Shown here: one piece after another, positions 1 through 10,639 of the stretch
Layout: every line of letters starts with the position of its first letter
Position numbering within the stretch: the first letter of the stretch is position 1
NCBI RefSeq assembly: GCF_006345805.1
Contig: NC_043002.1
Location: 109,306,001 to 109,370,000, forward strand
Origin: Octopus sinensis
Taxonomy: Eukaryota
DNA length: 64,000 nucleotides
Reading direction: 5' to 3'
The notes under the pieces: model-generated
What the model saw: only the letters and a program-made list of their open reading frames with translations
The model's database searches: none
What the model was told of the DNA's origin: nothing
Made by a program: the position numbers and the translations under genes

Positions 1-498
1 AAAAGCCTTGCCAAAACTGCCTCACCATTGCTTCTGCCATGTAAAAAGCACAAAGACCACTCTGCTGAGTAGTTGGTGTTAGAAAGGGCATCCAGCTGTA
101 GAAACCATACCGAAACAGACAATGGAGCCTGATGGGGGCCCTGCTGGTACCTGTCAAACTATCCATCCCTTGCCAGGGTCAAAAACAGATATTAAATAAT
201 AATGATAAGGACTTAGGGAATATTCTATTAATCCTGAACAGAGACAACATAAATAAAAGTTGTGATTGTGAGATATTGTTGAGAATAGTTAATCATATAC
301 CACACAAACAGCTATTCATTTCACAACTTTTTGGTTGTTAGTATCTAAGATATATTTTATTTTCTTTCAGGACATATTTCCATTGGAAAGAAGATTATCT
401 GCAGAGGATACTGTAAATCTGCTGTGTTCGGATAGAGATTTATCAACCAATTTATGTCTTCAGAATAAAAGAATAAAACTGAAAATTTAACTGAGAGA

Positions 499-1527
499 AT
501 GTCTGAGGAAGTGAGCAAACATTACGAATGCAGTATTTGTGGCAAACTACTTAGTACAACACGTAATTTAGCTATTCACAGGCGCACCCATACTGGAGAA
601 AAGCCATACAGCTGTGAAGTATGCAAGAAAGCATTCTCTGTTAAAACTTATTTAACAGAACACAAACGTACACATACAGGGGAAAAGCCATTTCACTGTG
701 AAATATGTGGAAAATCATTTTCTAGTAAAGGTTACATAAAGATACACAAACGTACTCACACAGGAGAGAAACCATTTCATTGTGAAATCTGTGGCAAAGC
801 ATTTTCGCTGTTTTGTAGTGTAAGAATTCATCAGCTTATTCACACTGGAGAAAAACAATTCCATTGTGAAATCTGTGGCAAAACATTTTCTCAAGTTGGT
901 AATTTATCAAGACATAAGCGTACTCACACTGGGGAGGAAACATACAAGTGTGATGACTGTGGGAAAGCTTTTTCTACTGCAAGTGCCTGTGAAATACACA
1001 GAGGTGTGCACTCAAAACCTTACCACTGTGAAATCTGTGATAAAGCATTTTCTATAAAATACTCTTTAACAATACACAAACGTCTTCATACTGGAGAGAA
1101 GCCATATCCTTGTGACATATGTGGGAAAGGGTTTACAAACAGAGGTACCTTAATGAGGCATAAACATAGTCACACAGGAGAAAAACGACACCACTGTGAA
1201 ATCTGTGGGAAAGCATTTCCTCAAAAATATGGACTAACATTACACAAACGTATTCACACAGGAGAGAAACCATATCGGTGTGAAATTTGTGGAAAAGACT
1301 TTTCTGATAGTAGCAGCTTAAAAAGTCACAAACGTATTCATACTGGAGAAAAACCGTACTCCTGTGAAATCTGTGGGAAGGCATTTTCTGTAAATGGTAG
1401 TTTAAAAAGACACAGACGTACTCACACAGGAGAGAGACCATATCACTGTTTAATATGTGGACAAAAGTTTTCACTTAAGACCAGCTTAACAATACATAAC
1501 CGTATTCATACAGGAGAAAAGCCATAA
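499..1527 (+). CDS. C2H2 zinc-finger protein, paralog 1 (12 fingers, 342 aa)
   Basis: Intact ORF of CxxC-x12-HxxxH repeats with TGEKP linkers. Splice acceptor tttctttcag|gacatat at 370/371. Its promoter would lie upstream of the window. Confidence 0.93.
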   Translation: MSEEVSKHYECSICGKLLSTTRNLAIHRRTHTGEKPYSCEVCKKAFSVKTYLTEHKRTHTGEKPFHCEICGKSFSSKGYIKIHKRTHTGEKPFHCEICGKAFSLFCSVRIHQLIHTGEKQFHCEICGKTFSQVGNLSRHKRTHTGEETYKCDDCGKAFSTASACEIHRGVHSKPYHCEICDKAFSIKYSLTIHKRLHTGEKPYPCDICGKGFTNRGTLMRHKHSHTGEKRHHCEICGKAFPQKYGLTLHKRIHTGEKPYRCEICGKDFSDSSSLKSHKRIHTGEKPYSCEICGKAFSVNGSLKRHRRTHTGERPYHCLICGQKFSLKTSLTIHNRIHTGEKP

Positions 1528-1847
1528 ATAATGTGAGATATGTGGGAAAGCATTTCTGAAAAATCTGTCCTATTATTTCATAAATGCACTCATCCTGGTT
1601 AAAAACCATATCACTGTGAAGTTTGTGGGAAGAAATTTTCATGTAGTGGCAGGTTAAAAAAACATACACACACTGGCAATCTGCAAAATCTGTGGCAAAA
1701 CATTTCCTAAATTGAGGTGTTTAATAAGACACAAGCGTACTCATACTGGGGTAAAACTGTGTTAATTATGGGAAATCATTTACTCGCAGTGATTATGTAT
1801 GTATTCATAAATGTATTGGTAATGATGGAGATAAACCTTACTACTGA
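1528..1847 (+). pseudogene. Degenerate 4-finger tail downstream of the paralog 1 stop
   Basis: Aligns to the last four fingers of paralog 9 (EKSVLL, SGSL, NLRCLIR, RSDYIS, then DGDKPYH) but has frameshifts and stops. Confidence 0.85.
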
Positions 1848-1857
1848 CTTTTGTAAG

Positions 1858-2559
1858 CACAGCACAGTTGGCCATCTTGCGAGCCATGAACTCACTTTAT
1901 TTGTCGCGTCTTCACAGTCACAGCATATCTCCAGAGGTCTTGGTCTTTTGTCATTGCCTCTGTGAGACCCAACGTTCGAAGGTCATGCTTGACCACCTCA
2001 TCCCATGTCTTCTTGGGTCTACCTCTACCCCGGATTCCTTTCTAAACTTTGCCCAGGCTATTCTTATTCTAGTGGTAACACTCTCTGAGCATCCACCCCC
2101 ACTACTAACTTGGTCACCTAGGTTGCAGAAGCTATTAACTACTTCTAGTTTCTTTGCCTGGTGTGTGATGGAATCTGTTTTCTGAGTATCTGTGGAACAC
2201 GAAAGCTATCTTCTCGATGATGTTGCTGCACCTCTTATGTGTCCATAGCTTACACTGGGTACATTTTATGGAGTTTCTACCTACACCTTTTCTACAGATC
2301 GAGGGTGTATGTAATCAGTTTGCCTTCCCACTTGCTAGAACTTTGGTCTTTGCTACATTGACTCTAAGGCCTTTTGATTCTAAACCTAGCTTCCACACCA
2401 GAAATTTCTTTTCTAGTTCCGGTAGTGATTCCGCTATGAGGGCCAGGTCATCAGCATAGAGGAGCTCCTAGAGGCAACCCATCTTGAATTCCTCTGTTAT
2501 TGCCTATAATGAATAAAAGGGGACTGAACTCTGAACCTTCGTGGACCCCTACTTCTACC
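1858..2559 (-). mobile_element. RTE-clade LINE fragment (RT C-terminal part to 3' end)
   Basis: Minus strand reads VGVHEGSEFSPLLFII...ELLYADDLALIAES...GLRVNVAKTKVL...FCNLGDQVSSGGGCSESVTTRIRIAWAKFR, with frameshifts. Confidence 0.88.
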
Positions 2560-2858
2560 AAGGAAAATATTTTCTGAAATATCTGTCCTATTATTTCATA
2601 AACGCACTCATATTGGAGAAATACCATATCACTGAAGTTTGTGGGAAGAAATTTTCCAATAGTGGCAGGTTAAAAAAACATACATACACACATTGGAAAT
2701 CTGTTGTAAAACATTTCCTAACTTGAGGTGTTTAATAAGGCATAATCATACTCATATTAGGAAAAAACCATACAGCTGTGTTATTTGTGTTTAATCACAG
2801 TGATTATATATCTACTCATAAATGTCCTTTTAATGATGGAGATAAACCTTACCACTGA
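2560..2858 (+). pseudogene. Orphan second degenerate ZNF tail (remnant of a deleted paralog)
   Basis: Second copy of the 4-finger tail directly after the RTE fragment. It shares an internal deletion junction (catacatacacaca-tggaaatctg) with the paralog 2 tail. Confidence 0.75.
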
Positions 2859-3059
2859 CTTTTGTAGGAAAGCATATTATAAAACCATATTGTTGTGATA
2901 TTTGTATTAAAGAATTTATGTATATGAATGTTATTAAATTACTATAAATGTTTATAATATGTTTAGTGTATTCTTTGGAAGTTGTAGTAAATTTATCTTT
3001 TTAATGTTACTTGTTAGGTCACATGCATTATATGATATGGTTAAAATGAGAAAACGCTA

Positions 3060-5450
3060 CTACTAGCAACCCGGCAAAATTAGGGAGATGTACAACACTC
3101 CATCTACTGCATTCTCATAGAGAATGATGCAAATTTGGATCTGCCCACTCTATACAGGTAAATCCTGGAGTTGCATGGAAAGGATAAAGAAGATGGATAA
3201 GGCCAACTAACTCATAGTAAGATAACTAAAAATACAAGAGTATTATGTTCATTGATGTAGGTGAACAAGCATATAATTTTTGGAAAACCTTAGATGAGAT
3301 GAATTTAGTAGTAGAAAGGACAGGGATCTCCATGAAATCCTAGATCAGAAACACATATCCATTTGAAAGAACCACCTGTAGGGAAAGCAGCTGTATAGTG
3401 TGTAGGATGAACCCACAGAAAAACTTAAGCTATGAATGTAGCTTACAGTGTGAGATATGGTAGAGAAACAAGACGATGACATACAGGTGAGGGAGGAGAG
3501 AAGGTCAACAGTGCTCTACCAACATGCTCAATTAGAACATGGAGGCTTCGTTAATAACATAGATGTTAAGATATTATCAGTACAGACTAGATTATGGTGG
3601 CCATATATACAGTAGTGGATGGACTGAGCCTCAATAGAAAACATGAATGGATTGACTCCACTCTACCAAACTGGGCAACCTGATGACGAAAGATTAAGAG
3701 GAAATACAGATAGATGCAGTATAATACATAAACCTGTGTACACAAACACAAGACATACTAAAGACAATGAGAAAGAAGAAAAATAAAAGATCCAGGTACA
3801 AAAAATGTAGTAAGGATACGCATATGCACACAAAACACACACCCAGATACAGCTGCAAGTTGTTGCGTAGATAAGGATACATACCACAGAAATGCAAAAT
3901 GGAATAAGCAGAATAAGAAGAGACATGGGATTGAGAATCACTGAGGAGGTCACAAGATGTTGGATGAAAGCGCTTTAGGAAAGAAACTAGATTAATGATT
4001 AAGCTGAAGAGAAGATGAAATATGGTTGGATCATGCTGAACGAGCTACCACAAGATGTCTTTCAACTGCCCACCACTCCCCCGTTCAAAGAGGCTGTGGC
4101 AAATATGTATAAGAGTGTATATAACAACAACTGTTTTTTTTTTCTTTTATATGGCTTAAACACATTGTACTCTTCTCCTGCCAATAAATTTGATTTGATT
4201 TGATTGGGTCTGATATAGTGTGTGTTTGTTGAATTCGCACAAGATGACCATTGTCGAGTATAACAGTATTATGTCATTTTGATGTAAAGCCCCATGGTTG
4301 TCATGAGGATATGGTGAGTATTCAGAAATGTCACTATTGATTATATTATCATAGTTGTGATGTATCTGGTGGCATAGTACTTCGACTTTCTAGTAAATCT
4401 AGGTAAATAATCACTATTGAATGAAGATAAAGACACAGGAACTGAACTTTCCAGTAATTCCATACAGCCACTGTTTCTGGAAAGCATCTTTTGACACTAC
4501 CTAAATTCACAGTTATAAGGATGTGCATGATTTCGCCATATCATGACACCGACAACTGTTTGGATGTGACAGATGAAGAACTATCCCTCTCCCCACCTAC
4601 ACTAGGTTCATCTCGAATCTTTCTCAGCCCTCACTTCTCTACACCAACTCGTCTCCTTTCATCTCACAAGCTGACTGATTCACAGTCATTCCAAATAGTC
4701 TTTATATCTTTCTTATCCCAAACACCCAACCCATAATCATCTTTGCACTTGTTAAGTGAACTGATCCCTTCCCTATGACAATGAGTAAGGCGAATAGGCA
4801 GAGCTGCACCAGTTGTATTAATTATCTTAGTATCATGTTGATCCATCAGAAAGATCAAGGCTGGTGACTCCACTGATTCTTTGCCTATGTCCATCCATAT
4901 CTCACATGGCCCTGAATGCTTTACTTCCAGCCGTCCAGACACAACTAGACTGCTCGAACCAAACCACCCATCCTTGCAAATTAGATAACCTTTACCCAGT
5001 TCCTAAACTCCAACTGATCTTTGTATACCAAAAGATCACTTATGACTAAGAAGAATCCTTGTTCCCTTCATCTCTCAAACAATGTTGTTCTCAGAGTAGT
5101 TCTGTGGATAAATCTCTGCAACCAATTCCATCGTACAAACCGTTTCTTCCCATTCCGCCATCTATACACACAAAGTCCTAAAGTACCTCACTTTGCTGCA
5201 AACTTACCAAGGGCAATAACTCTAACAAAGTCCCTTTCAGTTACTTCCAGTCACCTCACAGAAACATTCCTTTTCTTTTCCCCTGTCTTTCTGAATGTAT
5301 CTTAAATTAATGTTTACATTTCCAATGACAAGCAACTCCGAACTATTTCCAGTTCTCAAATGCTCAGCACATGTGCTGAGAGCTACCAAACTTTGGTTAC
5401 AATCGAAAGGATGCTTCTCTATTTCGTACAAATAAGCCTCCTCTTGATTT
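3060..5450 (-). pseudogene. Decayed antisense ORF, unidentified multi-pass membrane protein (unit 1 copy)
   Basis: Homologous to the spacers of the other units. Minus-strand peptides include ISSLNKCKDDYGLGVWDKKDIKTIWNDC and the hydrophobic GMYPYLRNNLQLYLGVCFVCIC. Confidence 0.6.
4028..4206 (+). mobile_element. 3' end of a CR1/L2-type LINE
   Basis: Insertion absent from sister spacers. Reads NELPQDVFQLPTTPPFKEAV and ends in AATAAA plus (TTTGA)n. Confidence 0.55.
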
Positions 5451-6194
5451 AATTTTACCTTCTAAACATTTTGTTAACCCTACATCAATTTGTACTCAAT
5501 CTAACTACGCTTTTGTTTCCAAAAGGCTTCCGACAGTCTTAACTAGTCATGAAAATATCTTCAGCAATCACGTGCACAAGTCTCTGCCAACTCTAGAGGT
5601 GTTTAAGGTTTAAAAGCAGCCAGAAATCTTTAACTAATTTTAAAGTTCACGTCCATTTCCCTTGTACATTTTTCGTATTTACCAAAGATTTCAATTTGAT
5701 CTTAATTGAAAGAAATTGTCTGTTCTTTTCATTGATATTCAATATTTTGATAAAAGAACTTCGCGTGACGAGGAATCTCTCCAAATTTAATTTTAGCACT
5801 GAAAAAATGGGATGCAATACAAGTATACAATGCATATCTTGTGTGAAAACTGAAGCTTTTCACCCCAAAGATTTCGTTTAGCACCAAATATGATCGCATG
5901 GACCCACACCACGCATTTTTCTCAGAATTATGATAATTTGGTTAAAACGTCCATATGCTCTAGTAGGCTAAATCTCAGAATTCACTTTAATGGTATGCCC
6001 ATCTGTCCAAGCTACGATTAGAATTTTGCTTGCAAATTCGCGCGGAAGTTCGACCGAGGCTATTTCAGGAAGCTACGACATAAATTGCAGGATATGCCCT
6101 ATGAATATATTGTACTACTATATCCAAAATCCCAAACACTCCGGCTGCTAAGAAACTCTTCTGACAAATAAAGAACGAAAGAAATTTCAATTTG

Positions 6195-6367
6195 TAGGCC
6201 ACGTGACATGAAATGACCAATAGAATTCATATAACACCACCACTGAGTCTCCAAGATAACCGTTACCGAAGCTGTGTCTTCACGTCGGGAATTATAGTTA
6301 TTTAGCGGCTGTTGTTTATGATTGATGCTAACAAAGGGTCGTTATTCAGGTAAAGCAGTATATTAAG
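6195..6367 (+). promoter_or_regulatory. Putative promoter and first exon of paralog 2
   Basis: CACGTGAC at 6200, CCAAT at 6217, donor attaag|gtaaga at 6367/6368. The block is conserved in six units. Confidence 0.65.
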
Positions 6368-6720
6368 GTAAGATAACGTTTATTTATCTATTAATTTTAT
6401 GTGTTTAAAATAGATATTTGCTTCCCATTCTGGGTCGATATAAAAGACTTTCTGTTAATTAAGGGTCAGCCTAATTAAGTAAATTACTGTTATTTGTGTT
6501 TTTGTGTTGTCCGCTGGTCTTTTAAACACTCGGCTGTCGTGGATAGGTGCGATGGTTCTGTGTCCAGGTTCACATTTGCTGGTAAATATTAGAAAGTTTC
6601 CTGTGTCCGGAGAGTGTTTTAAAAAATGTACTTGTCCGTGAACGGTCGTTTCCCCTTTCGTTTATCTGATTGCGGGAAAATAGAAATTGATTCCAGTTCT
6701 TGATTGGTACTTAGTATATC

Positions 6721-6919
6721 TGATTTTTTATTACCCACAAGGGGCTAAACATAGAGGGAACAAACAAAGACAGACAAACGGATTAAGTCGATTACATCGA
6801 CCCCAGTGCGTAACTGGTACTTAATTTATCGACCCCGAAAGGATGAAAGGCAAAGTCGACCTCGGCGGAATTTGAACTCAGAATTCCGCCGAGGTCGACT
6901 TTGCCTTTCATCCTTTCGG
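6721..6919 (-). mobile_element. 5'-truncated SINE with fold-back (perfect 39-bp hairpin)
   Basis: 14-bp target-site duplication gtacttagtatatc (6707-6720 and 6920-6933). Arms 6834-6872 and 6882-6920 are exact reverse complements. Confidence 0.85.
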
Positions 6920-7685
6920 GTACTTAGTATATCATCCCAGGAGACATGACACGCAAAATAACCTGGTTAGATTTTAAAGTCGGTGCCCTTACACCGCTTA
7001 CGACTTTTCCAGTTCACTGCCGTGTATACAGATTATTTGAAAAATATATGTATTTGGCACAGTATGAAATTTCACAAATAAAACTTAATCTAAGAATTCA
7101 TTATTTTGTTGTTTTTACATGAATCACTACTCCATTATCACCCGATGTTTTTACATGAATCGCCCCGCAGTGGGTTAATACCACCCACTTTGGGAACCAC
7201 TGATCTAGAGACTTCGGAAGGAAACGGATTTCATGCTAAAGAAGATTTCTGATTTTTTTTTTTTTTTCCTTTTCTCAAAATAACAAAAAGTATTAAGATT
7301 TTGGTACAATTTGAGGAGAGTTGGGCAGTGAATTTTTTTCTATCAATGCATGTATTGAACTCTTCCTTATTTCATTGACTGAAAAGAATGAACGACATGG
7401 TCAGAATGTGAAGTTGGATGAAATGGCACTAAGCGTTTTCCCAGGTATGCTCAGGTATCAGCTAGCTCGGTGCCTGAAATAGCCAAAAACACTGAATGGT
7501 GATAATGGAGAGAATTCTACATATTTCTTATGAAGCTTCTTCTGAACACGTTAAATGAAAACATCTACTTATCTAAATCTGCCTAGTTTCAATCTATGAA
7601 CGATTGGTTAGTTTGTTTTATCACAGATGTATTCAAACAGGTGATAGAAGCATACTCTGCAATATATAGGAAAGCATTATTAATT

Positions 7686-8058
7686 ACTAGCAGTATCGCC
7701 CGGCGTTGCTCGGGTTTGTAAGGGAAATAACTATAAAGCATTTTTAGAGAGTTATAGCAAAAAAATGGATTAAAAATGGAAAAAAATTATGGTAAATTAT
7801 TTTTTAAATCGTTGACTCATCATAGACATTTTTAGAGAGTTACTTCCCTTATATAATAGCGAAAAAATGCATTAAAATGGAAAAAATGATGGTAAATTAT
7901 TTTAAAAATCGTAGACTCATGCTAATACCCAAAAGGGCTTGATATGAATCACGACTATAAGATACCTGGTTTTGGTTAAACCACCACAAAATGTGGGAGT
8001 AGTTAGGAATCTAAATCGTAGGAGACAGACACACAACCCTACTTTCATATATAAAGAT
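7686..8058 (-). mobile_element. Non-autonomous Helitron-like element
   Basis: Minus strand starts a|TC(tttatatat) and ends in the hairpin cccgagcaacgccggg plus CTAG|t. It interrupts a block that is contiguous in other units. Confidence 0.7.
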
Positions 8059-8587
8059 TGCTGCCAAATAAGACAATAACACTCTCACCCACCACAAACG
8101 GGGGAAAGCATTTCTTTTAGAAATGTTTACTTAGGGGAGAATGCATTATACACTCTATAAGGTGGTTGGCATTAGGAAGGGCATCTTGCTGTAGAAACCA
8201 TGCCAAAACAGACAATGGAGCCTGGTGGGGCCTTGCTGGTTCCTATCAGCATCGAAAATGGACATTAAATAATAATGATTAGGACTTAGGTAACATTCTA
8301 TTACACCTGAACAGAGACAACATAAATAAAAGTGGAGAGTTGCTAATTTGTGATTGTGAGATATTATTGAGAAGAGTCAATCACATACACAAATAGCTAC
8401 TCATTTCACAACTTTTTGGTCATTAGTATCTAATATTTATTTTCTTTTTCTTTCAGGACATATTTCCAATGGAAAGAAGATTTTCTGCAGAGGATACTGA
8501 GAGTCTGCTGTGTTAGGGTAGAAAGATTTATCAACCAATTTATGTCTTCAGAATGAAAGGATAAGACTGTAAAAATTAACTGAGAGA

Positions 8588-9619
8588 ATGTTTCAGAAAG
8601 TGAGCAAATGTTACAAATGTGATATTTGTGGCAAAGATCTGACTACAAAATCTAATTTAGCTATTCATAGGCGCACTCATACTGGGGGGAAGTCATACAA
8701 CTGTGACGTATGTGAGAAAACATTCTCTCAAAAAGGAAATTTAAGAGAACACAAACGTACACATACAGGAGAGAAGCCATTTCACTGTGAAATATGTGGA
8801 AAATCATTTTCTTATAAAGATAATATAAAGATTCACAAACGTACACACACTGGAGAGAAGCCATTTCACTGTGAAATCTGTGGAAAATCATTTTCCACTA
8901 AAGGTTATATAAAAACACATAAACGTACACACACAGGAGAGAAACCATACAACTGTGAAATCTGTGGCAAAGCATTTTCAGACTGTAGTAGTGCAAGACT
9001 TCATCAGCTTATTCACACTGGAGAAAAACGATACCATTGTGAAATTTGTGGCAAAACATTTTCTCAAGTTGGTAATTTAACAAGACATGAACGTACTCAT
9101 ACTGGGGAGAAGCCATACAAGTGTGATGATTGTGGGAAAGCTTTTTCTAATGCAGGTGCCTGTGAAATACACAGAGGTGTTCATTCGAAGCCTTTCCACT
9201 GTGAAATCTGTGATAAAGCATTTTCTGTTAAAAAGTCTTTAACAGTTCACAAACGTATTCACACTGGAGAGAAGCCATATCATTGTGAAGTATGTGGGAA
9301 AGGATTTACAAACAGAGAAACCTTAATGAGGCATAAACGTGGTCACACAGGAGAGAAACCATATCACTGTGAAGATTGTGGAAAAGATTTTCCTGATATC
9401 AGCAGCTTAGGAAATCACAAACGTGTACATACTGGAGAAAAACCATACTCCTGTGAAATCTGTGGCAAAGCATTTTCTCAAAATGGTAGTTTAAAAACCC
9501 ACAGACGTATTCACACAGGAGAGACACCATATCACTGTTTAATATGTGGAAAAAAATTTTCATTTCAGACCAGCTTAATGATACATAACCGTATTCATAC
9601 TGGAGAAAAGCCACACTAA
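8588..9619 (+). CDS. C2H2 zinc-finger protein, paralog 2 (12 fingers, 343 aa)
   Basis: Intact ORF; acceptor at 8456/8457. Finger class 3 is duplicated and class 9 is missing. Confidence 0.93.
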   Translation: MFQKVSKCYKCDICGKDLTTKSNLAIHRRTHTGGKSYNCDVCEKTFSQKGNLREHKRTHTGEKPFHCEICGKSFSYKDNIKIHKRTHTGEKPFHCEICGKSFSTKGYIKTHKRTHTGEKPYNCEICGKAFSDCSSARLHQLIHTGEKRYHCEICGKTFSQVGNLTRHERTHTGEKPYKCDDCGKAFSNAGACEIHRGVHSKPFHCEICDKAFSVKKSLTVHKRIHTGEKPYHCEVCGKGFTNRETLMRHKRGHTGEKPYHCEDCGKDFPDISSLGNHKRVHTGEKPYSCEICGKAFSQNGSLKTHRRIHTGETPYHCLICGKKFSFQTSLMIHNRIHTGEKPH

Positions 9620-9939
9620 TGAGAAATAAATGGGAAAATATTTTCTGAAATATCTGTCCTATTAGTTTATAAACGCACTCATACTGGGTAAAAACCATAT
9701 CAGTGTGAAGTTTGTGGGAAGAAATTTTCCAATAGTGGCAGCTTAAAAAAGCATACATACACACACTAGAAATCTGTGGCAAAGCATTTTCTAACTTGAG
9801 TTGTTTAATAAGGCATAATCGTACCCATACTGGGAAAAAACCATACAGCTGTGTTATTTGTGGGAAATCATTTAATCGCAGTGATTATATATCTACACAT
9901 AAATGTACTTTTAATGATGAAGATAAATCTTACCACTGA
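9620..9939 (+). pseudogene. Degenerate finger tail of paralog 2
   Basis: cac TAA TGA, then decayed fingers with further stops. Confidence 0.85.
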
Positions 9940-9944
9940 CTTTT

Positions 9945-10441
9945 ATAATAATAATAATAATAATTGTGTACAGTGCTCAGGTGCACTGCAACTCATCTAA
10001 AGTGTATATATAATCAGGTGTAGTTTCAGCGGATTTCGGAAAGCATGAGGGCCTTAAAGAATGCAGTGTCATGGCAGTCAACAACTGACGCAGGCAGTTT
10101 ATTCCATGCTTCAGCAACTCTGAGCGTGAAAAAATGTTTCCGAAAGTCATGGGAGCTGTGTTGTTTTCTGACTTTGTAGGCATGTCCATGTGTGTTAGAC
10201 ACATAGAGATCAAAAAGGTGTTCAGTGTTGTTGTTGGTGAGGTGGTTGATAACTTTGCGGGTGTTTACCAAGTCCGTCGCCAGACGCCGGAGCTTCAGTG
10301 AATCCATGCCCAGGGAAACAAGGTGCTCAGAATATGGTAGGTGTCTGATGGAGGGTATGCGTTTGGTTGCACGTCTCTGGACAGATTCCAGGAGGTCAAT
10401 GTTCTGAGCAAGATAGGGATTCCAAACTGATGATGCGAATA
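9945..10441 (-). mobile_element. CR1-type LINE 3' fragment
   Basis: ORF 10026-10463 reads SSVWNPYLAQNIDLLESVQRRATKRI...RKHFFTLRVAEAWNKLP. (TTA)n tail near 9945-9963. Confidence 0.88.
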
Positions 10442-10639
10442 AGATAGTATAGTATAAAACCATATTGTTGTGATATTTGTATTAAAGAATTTATGTATAT
10501 GAATGTTATTAAATTACTATAATTGTTTATAACATGTTTAGTGTATTCTTTGGATGTTGTAAATTTTTCATTTTTAATGTTACTTGTTAGGTCACATGTA
10601 TCATATGATATGGTTAGAGTGAGAAAACATGTTACTACT

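Noticed and set aside
132-341. Similar short ORFs upstream of acceptors (132-341 and 49642-49845) as a possible effector-domain exon
   Set aside because: They start inside a retroposon fragment, are broken by stops or frameshifts in the other units, and resemble no domain I recognise.
499-1527. Regular repeat-spacer periodicity resembling a CRISPR array
   Set aside because: The 84-nt period is the C2H2 finger repeat within an ORF. The context is eukaryotic and there are no cas genes.
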